In this document: piece after piece, positions 56,563 to 64,000 of the stretch
Numbering within the stretch: position 1 is the first letter of the stretch
Layout of the letters: each line of letters begins with the position of its first letter
DNA from: Eledone cirrhosa
Lineage: Eukaryota
DNA length: 64,000 bases
Assembly (NCBI GenBank): GCA_964016885.1
Contig: OZ024747.1
Location: 48,112,001-48,176,000, forward strand
Reading direction: 5' to 3'
Position numbers and translations under genes: made by a program
Notes under the pieces: generated by a model
The model's database searches: none
Seen by the model: only the letters and a program-made list of their open reading frames with translations
Told to the model about the DNA's origin: nothing

Positions 56563-57060
56563 TCATCATCACCATTTTACATCCATTTTTTCATGTTAGA
56601 ATGGGTTAGTCGAGTTGTCCTATTGTGAGCAATGCCAGTTCAGGTGACCATGTCTTGTTCAAACAGAACTGATTCTGACTTGGTTTCTACAGTTGGATGC
56701 CCTTCTTAATTCCAACCTCATTTACAGTCCTGGGTGCTTTTTGTTGTGACGCCTACATGACTACTTTACAGTGTGGACTGGGTGCTTTTCGTCGTATCGC
56801 CATCACAACCACTTTACAGTGTGGGTCTTCTGTATTACTGCATAACACCAGAGATTTCAGTCCTGTATCACCATCTTTGAGAGATGAAATTGGGCAAGGT
56901 CAGCTTTTATCACCTTGTTCCAAGTCTTCCTGGATCTCCTCACTCCATGGCTTCCATCGATTTTGAGCACTCTGTACCATTTTATACAGCTGTCATCCTT
57001 CATACGCATCACATGCCCATACCAATGCAATCCCCTCTCCTGCACACTGCATCTGATTCC
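56563..57060 (-). mobile_element. Composite RTE-derived repeat, tail-to-tail with the PHD-RTE
   Basis: (TCA)n tail, GGATGCCCTTC body, and ORF 56857-57081 with WYGHVMRMKDD..RKTW. Confidence 0.75.
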
Positions 57061-57203
57061 TCTTATGACCAGCTCCCTCACAGTTCGTTTATGCTATATA
57101 TATATATATATTTGAACTTTTATTTTCTACTTCATGTTTTATCCTCTTCTCCTTTTTTCTACTAACTCCCCACTCACTCCTTCTCAGAGTTCCTCTCTCC
57201 CAC

Positions 57204-57238
57204 TGTCCTGATGAAGGGCTTATGCCCGAAACGTCGCA
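57204..57238 (+). ncRNA. Minimal hammerhead ribozyme (stem I damaged)
   Basis: TGTC-CTGATGA-A-GGGC(TTAT)GCCC-GAAA-CG-TC^GCA. Confidence 0.7.
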
Positions 57239-57317
57239 CCCATACACCCCACTCTCACTAAGCATGAACCTTTTGTAACTTGTACTCCTGCATTGTTGTT
57301 GTTTTTTATATTCCTAA

Positions 57318-57361
<44 letters not shown>

Positions 57362-57379
57362 TTACATATATATATATAT

Positions 57380-57750
57380 CTGTACCTCCACCCACATTGT
57401 CTATGCCCTCCTTATACATCGGACAAACAGGATGCCGTTTGGCGGACCGTTTTGCTGAACATTTGAGGGACATACAACTCGGTACAGATACTCCCATCGC
57501 CCATCATTTCTCTACATGTCTCAATCGTTGCTGTCCTTTTACATCACAGATCACAGGCCTCGCACACCAGGACTGAACAGAGTCTGATTTACCGCCTTGG
57601 GTCTGATCCCACCCTGCTCGTCCCTTCAATCTTTCTAATTTCTCATTCTTTCTTCTGATGAAGGACAAGCATCTGAAACGTTAAGACCCTCTTCCTGCTA
57701 TTTCAAGCTTATATATTCCTTCCATATACTGTACCGATTGTATTGTTATT
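57380..57750 (+). mobile_element. Penelope-like (Neptune-type) 3' remnant: GIY-YIG endonuclease fragment + pLTR
   Basis: LYIGQTGCRLADRFAEHLRDI..PIAHHF and EQSLIYRLG, followed by a hammerhead. Confidence 0.82.
57651..57686 (+). ncRNA. Minimal hammerhead ribozyme downstream of GIY-YIG fragment
   Basis: TCTT-CTGATGA-A-GGA(CAAGCA)TCT-GAAA-CG-TT^AAGA. Confidence 0.72.
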
Positions 57751-57766
57751 TCTGTTTACCTTTTAC

Positions 57767-57812
<46 letters not shown>

Positions 57813-58059
57813 GATTGGTAAAATTCTTAGTGTTGGATAGGTTCCTTCGTGGTATTTTTTCAGCTTTATATGTTCAGAGTTCAACTTCTGCTTTCTGTTA
57901 TCAAAAAAATGATGACATGAAAGGATTAAGGCAACCTTTATCATAAAAATATCCAAGTAACTTCCTATGAAGTTGCACCTTATAGGAATCCAGCTACATC
58001 TATAAAGATGTGTAGCAACAACAACCACACATATTATGTATTTAGTATATAAACATATA

Positions 58060-58257
58060 CAAGGGTCGGTTGAAATGTTCATAGTCTGACTGTGAAGGAG
58101 TGATGCTAGAGCTGTGAAATCTTGCATGCATTAATTTCAACTCTTTTTATTAATAACTGCATTGTTTCTTTCCAAGGACTTTGTTGAAAAATAAACTTCA
58201 TTTGGTCATTCCATGAACGTATCTTGGTCAGCCTATGAACCTTTCAGCTGACCCTCG
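58060..58257. mobile_element. Mariner-type MITE
   Basis: ~30-bp imperfect TIRs CAAGGGTCGGTTGAAATGTTCATAGTCTGAC / GTCAGCCTATGAACCTTTCAGCTGACCCTCG, with TA on both sides. Confidence 0.85.
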
Positions 58258-58704
58258 TATATTTGTGTGATTAAATTCATATATTTGTCTGCTTCATGAT
58301 ATAAACAGTATCTAATCAATGGATACTTTGACAGATAAAAATATAGTCCACCAGGACCGTGGGGTGACTAGCATGTAGGTCCCCATTTGCTTATAATAGT
58401 GTGGTTTGACGTCAATGGACCACTGCTTATAATTATTGTCAGTTTAGTGAACCAGATTTTCCCTTGAGCCAACAGACACTAACTACCTGAAAGGAACTTT
58501 ATCATTATTCATTATTGACAACACTAGCCTAGTTGTATAAAATAAAGTGTCTTCCTCAAAGACACAATATGGCACAGAGAATTGAACCTATATTTGTGAG
58601 CTGAACACCCTAACCACTAAACCACATGCATTCACACAAGCCTCAAATGTGTGTGTGAGTTCTGATGAGAAGTCATCCAGTTGATTCGATCAACTGAATA
58701 GCCT

Positions 58705-58814
58705 TTACAAGTATCATACACCCTTCATCTTACAAGCATCATACACCCTTCATCTTTCAAGCATCATATACCCTTCATTTTACAAGCATCATATACCCTT
58801 CATCTTACAAGCAT
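58705..58814. repeat. 25-bp tandem repeat, ~4.4 copies
   Basis: Unit TTACAAGCATCATACACCCTTCATC. Confidence 0.92.
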
Positions 58815-59419
58815 GAACCCACCACTCTTCTTACCAATTGACCTACATCTTCTAAAGATTGATTTTCTACTGCTTCTTTTCAAAAAGTGAGGCTCTGTAA
58901 ATCTGTGAAATCCTGTCTCACCAATAACCACACTTACATGTCAGCTACAAAGAATTTCAGCTATGCTGAATGAAAATCTCTCAGAATTTGCTTCATTGAT
59001 TGTTTTCAAAACTTACCAACTCCCAATAATCTGTAACCTTCTTCTTAAACAATTCTGGAACATTAGATCAATGGATTACAGCTAATTATTTAATTGATTG
59101 CCTTAAAGAAATTAAGTTGATCAGGACTGATTAAAGCTTGCACAACTATAGCAATTATTCGATGATCTGTTATCCTGTATTAATCTTTTTATGACTATAT
59201 TTCTACTGAAATGCACTGCTTCTGTGTTTCAATTAATTTCGAAAATACTCAAATAATTAACTTTTACATTTTTCAAAAAACTTTCCATCATAATTTTATA
59301 AGTTTTAATTTAGATATGAACACTTTAAAACAAGCTATATTGAGTCATAGAACTATCTTAGTGTTACTGCCAATATATACATCATCTTCATAATTTTTAC
59401 ATCTATTTTTCCAAGTCAT

Positions 59420-59614
59420 AAATAGAGAAGGTATTCTCTGGCTGACTCGTGTGTGCAGAGTGGCCTGGATCTATGGAAAGACACCTAAGCAAATGGCAAT
59501 TGGGAGTGATAATCCTAATTTTCAAAAAGGGAGACAAGAGAGATTGTTCCAATTATAGAGAGATCATCTTGTTAAGCTTCTCCAGTAAAGTCTATGCTAA
59601 GTCTCTGGCAAAGA
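59420..59614 (+). mobile_element. RTE RT fragment (different family)
   Basis: LTRVCRVAW..WQLGVIILIFKKGDKRDCSNYREIILLS..KVYAK. Confidence 0.75.
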
Positions 59615-60176
59615 TCTACTAATATAATAGCCTTGTGTATTTGTCCGTAAAGCAGTAGAGATGACTGAGGAAGGTAGGGGTGATTACGCGGACCGAGGAA
59701 AGAAGGGGTGATGACGTTGACTGAGGAAGGAGGGGTGGCAGCGTCTAATATTCGCTACACCTGGTTATGTATATGTATAGCGAATTGGCTACACACATTT
59801 GCTGTTATGATTATGTGTGTTTCTGTAAATTATATTTATATTACATTTATATACAATATTTGTTTGAGAGTATATGTGTTTGTGTGTGTTTATTTAGAAT
59901 TACAAACACACAGAAACCTACACATACATATATATAGACACACTTCGAAAAAATAATTATTACATACACACATATCTATGTGATGAGTGAGGAAGGAGGG
60001 GGGGAAACTATAGAAGTCTAGCATTCTAAGATTCATCACAGCTGTGTTTGTATGTTTGTATCACTTGTGTGAGTGAGCGCGAAGGAACCAACCAACAAAC
60101 AAACAAACATATCTTTTTTATATTATGTATAGATATTATAATTAGCTGTTATTTTTGACGGCACAGGGCGAGCTAG
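59615..60176 (+). mobile_element. Non-autonomous Helitron-like element
   Basis: A|TCTACTAATATAA start and CTAG|T end. The subterminal hairpin is degenerate, and a second Helitron-like 5' end in the opposite orientation lies at 60085-60134. Confidence 0.5.
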
Positions 60177-60239
60177 TATATCTCTCTCTAGACACTAACT
60201 CTACCAGTTGCAGTCTGCACATCAACATGAGATATTTTT

Positions 60240-60590
60240 CTCCACAAAGTTCTATTACCAACAGCAGAGTTTAAAGAGCAAAGGTCAAGTCCAGTCCATA
60301 AGTTGACATTATCAAGCCATTGTCTTTGGCTGCTGACCTCTGCTTCTCTTACCAACCAACTTTCCTTCTAGGCATATAACTTACTCACACCACAAGTTGA
60401 TCTTTTGATATGACCATACAGTTTAAGCACTCTTGACTTGACAACTGATGTGATTGGTCTAACCCTGGTGATGTTGAGCAGCCCACTGATACAGATATGG
60501 TCACTGAGCCACTTGCCAGTCATAAGTCTCATGATGTGGTTCTGGAATGTAGAGAGCTACTGAAGTGACCTTGTCATCCAATTAACACAA
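60240..60590 (-). mobile_element. Degenerate RTE C-terminal fragment
   Basis: FQNHIMRLM..VKSRVLKLYGHIKR..EGKLVGKRSRG. Confidence 0.6.
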
Positions 60591-61690
60591 TCAAGACCAA
60601 GCTAGTATATATATATATAGAGACAAGAGTCAGGACACTGCCGGGTGAGCTCCGGCCGTTTCAACAGCTAGATCCGAACTAAGCCAGCAGTATTAGAAAC
60701 GTGTGAATCTAGCTGAACTTATCAAGGGGTACAGTCCATATATGGGCATGCAGTCAAAACAAAAAAAGCAGAAATATCAAAGCAAAAAATCCTAAAAAAT
60801 TATTTGTTTTTCTTGTCTGTCATGGGGAGTGGTCAATGATCTGGGATGTCATGTACATAGTTAAATTCCTTCATAGTGGTGGGGCTGAAATGGCCTGAAG
60901 AACGAAGGAGTGGGAGTAAGAAGACAGTCTGACCTGTGGGTGTCAAGCCAGTCAGGTGTTAAGAGAGAAATCTATACAACTCTCTATCATTTATAGAGAT
61001 ACAATTCAAAGAGATAAGAATATAATTTCAGCATGTAAGAATCAAAGATGGTGGTTAGAGAGTTTAAATTAAGTATGCCTAATCTAACACTGAGCTAAAG
61101 AGCAAAGCATTTAGATGTTAATACTAATTCAGTTCCTGATAAAAAAATGTAGTTATCAATTACTCTAATGCATAGGAAGGGCACTTCAGTACACTAATTT
61201 ACTAGTATTTTCTTTTATAATCCTACACTCCCCAAAATCAACCCTAGTCTAGTAAGGTGTCATAGCTATCTGTTTGGCTGGTTCCATAGGACTGTATGTA
61301 TATTTTAACAAGAGTAAAAATATTCCGGGTTTACCTAAGGATGATTAGGAACTGTTTATAATGGCGTAAATATGCAAAGATCCACCTAAGTGTAATTAGA
61401 ATGTGTAACTAACAAAGAAAAAAATTCTATTTCTATCTAAGTACGCTTGGGATTTCCTCTATCTTAGCTTGTAATTGGGAAGGAGATACAGCCGAGGTCT
61501 ACCCACCTGGGTCATGAGGCGGTTTGAAGGTAAGATATGTCTTATATATTCTGTGTTTACACGAGGTAACGAGCTCAGCCGTTGGCGTCCTGACTCTCTT
61601 CCCTATAACCCACTCTACTACCCTAAGTATCGAGTACATTATATGATCCACCTGGTATCTTACCATACCTTTGTTATATATATATATATA

Positions 61691-61990
61691 TATTTGTCTT
61701 GCAAGGTTTTTAATATGAAATCGTGTGTTGAAACAAATATTGTTATATTTGGGGAGGGCCATATTTTTATAATATTGGCAGAAATAATAATAAAACACAC
61801 TGTTTGGTTTGGATTGGTTTTCACTTCTGTATATTTTATATCCCTATAGTTAATTTAGCTGGCAATCAATGTTTATCATTGATAAAAAATGGTTAAAAAT
61901 ATAGACATGAATATATATATATAATCTATCAAAGTTCTTTCATCACACACCTGTGACATCATCAGTGGTACTATTATGTTTCCTCCCATT
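61691..61990 (-). mobile_element. Family H PLE-like repeat copy 3
   Basis: Homologous to 43746-44030; MALPKYNNICFNTRFHIKNLARQI from the ATG at 61762. Confidence 0.72.
61927..61970 (-). ncRNA. Type I minimal hammerhead ribozyme
   Basis: TACCA-CTGATGA-T-GTCACA(GGTG)TGTGAT-GAAA-GAAC-TT^TGATA. Confidence 0.72.
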
Positions 61991-62196
61991 GTATTGTAAT
62001 GTCTACACCATTTTTGAGCAAGACATGGTCACTTGACCTAGCATTGCCCACAACAGGACAACTCGTCTAACCCATGCTAGCATGGAAAATAGACATAAAA
62101 TGGTGGTGATGATGATGATATATGTATATACACGTAGATATATATATATATCATTATCAGGATATATGTATATGTATATGTATATATATATATATA

Positions 62197-62514
62197 TCAT
62201 CATCATCATCATTTTACGTCCCCTTTTTCCCTGCTTGCAAGGGTGGGACGGGAACTGATTCTGGCTTGATTTCTACAGCTGGATGCCCTTCCTAACACCA
62301 ACCTCATTTACAGTGAGTGCTGGGTGCTTTTTTGCCGTGGCACCTCCACGACCACTTTGCAGTGGAATGATAGGGACTCCCAGTCCCTATCATCTCATTT
62401 CTACAGCTGAGTAAACTGGAGCAATGTGAAATAAAGTGTCTTGCTCAAGGAAACAACACATCACCCGGTCTGAGAATTGAACTCACAACCTTTCGATTGC
62501 AAGGCCAATGCTCT
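62197..62514 (-). mobile_element. tRNA-derived SINE, same family as 40136-40480 (head slightly truncated)
   Basis: B box GAGTTCAATTC, same core and same RTE tail with (TGA)n; TA repeats on both flanks. Confidence 0.85.
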
Positions 62515-62712
62515 TTATATATATATAATGATAATAATAATAATAATAATAATATTTATACTCATATATATAATTATAGTATATATATAAATTATAAATA
62601 AGATAAGGGTAATATTGTGAATTACCCAATTACTCAATATAAAATATCAGATATACTACAGAGCAGAAACACAACATAGATAACAATCAAATTTTTGTTT
62701 AATGCATTTAAT

Positions 62713-62759
62713 TGCTAACGATCGTTTCTTCCAGACATATGTCTGGAATCATCAGAGCA
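62713..62759 (-). ncRNA. Type I hammerhead ribozyme with palindromic stems II and III
   Basis: TGCT-CTGATGA-TTCCAGAC(ATAT)GTCTGGAA-GAAA-CGATCG-TT^AGCA. Confidence 0.85.
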
Positions 62760-62921
62760 TATACAATGTTAAAACAAATAAATTCCTAATCCTAAGAACA
62801 TTCATTAAGAAACATTATATTTGAAAAGACTAATTACAATTGTTATTGTCAGTTTCAATATACTGAAGAGTAAGAGCAAAAGAACATTATAATGAAGATA
62901 GTAATAAAGTATTATAAGGTA

Positions 62922-63665
62922 CTAGCAGAATGGCTCAGCGTTGCTCGGGATTCTAAACATAGATTGGCATGTTTATCCCTCCTTTCTGAAACAGTTCCGT
63001 CGTATGTTCACCAATTGATGCAGAAGTCCTAATAAAAAGTGAAGTCGCCTTGGATGAATAGGCAAATAATTTTCCATTAAGATTTTTCAAAAGCATGTAA
63101 TTGCGTTCCCTCTCTTTTTTGTTGTTGTTTTTGCTGCTGTCGAGCCTCGTGAAATAAATATGTTTGTTTATATTTTGTTATTGTGAAAGTGAAAGCAAAA
63201 ATATCTGTACACGAATATATAATTATATATATATTAAAATAACAGATTAAAGTTTAAGCAAAGAATCGCTGCTTTCACCCTTAACGGGATCTTCTGAAAC
63301 TAAAAAAATCAATCTGTGAACGCAGAAGTAAATATTTCGAAAAACGTTACACACTATATATATATATATACACACACACCACGTCATAATGTCGTAATGC
63401 AGATAGCCAGACATACAGACAGATATTATAAGGGCGCAACGTTATATCTATGTATCTATCTAAAAAGAAAGACTAAGAATTATAGAGAGAGATCGCTAAC
63501 TCGCCTAATGCGGTCCGTAGGGCATTGAAAATTTGAAATATGTTTTGCTCAAAACACCCACAGGACCATAAGTATTACATATGTAAAGTTCGAAAACAAT
63601 CGGTTGGGTGGTTCTCAAGTTTTAGTGGGCTGACAGACAGACATTCTCTGTTATAGATATATAGA
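62922..63665 (-). mobile_element. Non-autonomous Helitron
   Basis: On the - strand: A|TCTATATATCTATAACAGAGAATGTCTGTCTGTC start, CCCGAGCAACGCTGAG hairpin, then CTAG|T. Confidence 0.78.
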
Positions 63666-64000
63666 TTATAAAGTAAAGCTGTTTTGAAGCTATATGATAT
63701 ATGCAAGGAATATTACTTATAAAACATATCAAGAATATTATACCAAGAATATAAATAATAGCATAGAGCATGCAATAAGGTAAGACAATTGTGTAGTGAT
63801 AGCATACATATAGGTGTTATACATTATAAGCATTATAAGATGTATTAGTTATAGGCGAAGATATTTATGCCAAAAGTTTTATAAAATTTATGTAGAAAAT
63901 GTTAATATCTATAGTTGTGAAGTATAGAATTGTACAGTTCAAACAAATATATTGTAACTGAAACTAATAATTGTAATTAGTCTTCTCAAATATAATGTAT

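Overview
Eukaryotic, AT-rich, repeat-dominated window with no recognisable host protein-coding gene. The repeat landscape suggests a cephalopod such as Octopus; this is an inference. Positions 1-33.5 kb are one strand-polarised (TA)n/(TACA)n compound microsatellite packed with non-LTR retrotransposons. These are two copies of an RTE LINE with three C-terminal C2H2 fingers, a near-intact Tx1/L1-clade element nested in the (AAT)n tract of one RTE's 3' UTR, two CR1/L2-group 3' fragments, and four copies of a non-autonomous bipartite RTE derivative (5' UTR fused to 3' end). Positions 33.5-64 kb hold tRNA-SINEs, RTE-tailed short repeats, a PHD-finger RTE, a mariner relic and MITE, Helitrons, a CRE-clade relic and Penelope-like (PLE) remnants. 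The strongest hidden signal is six recognisable type I minimal hammerhead ribozyme motifs plus one degenerate one. Three belong to one ~300-bp repeat family that also keeps a conserved ATG-initiated peptide and occurs in inverted, pLTR-like arrangements. The long Y/I/H/T/M/C/V ORFs in the track are microsatellite artefacts.
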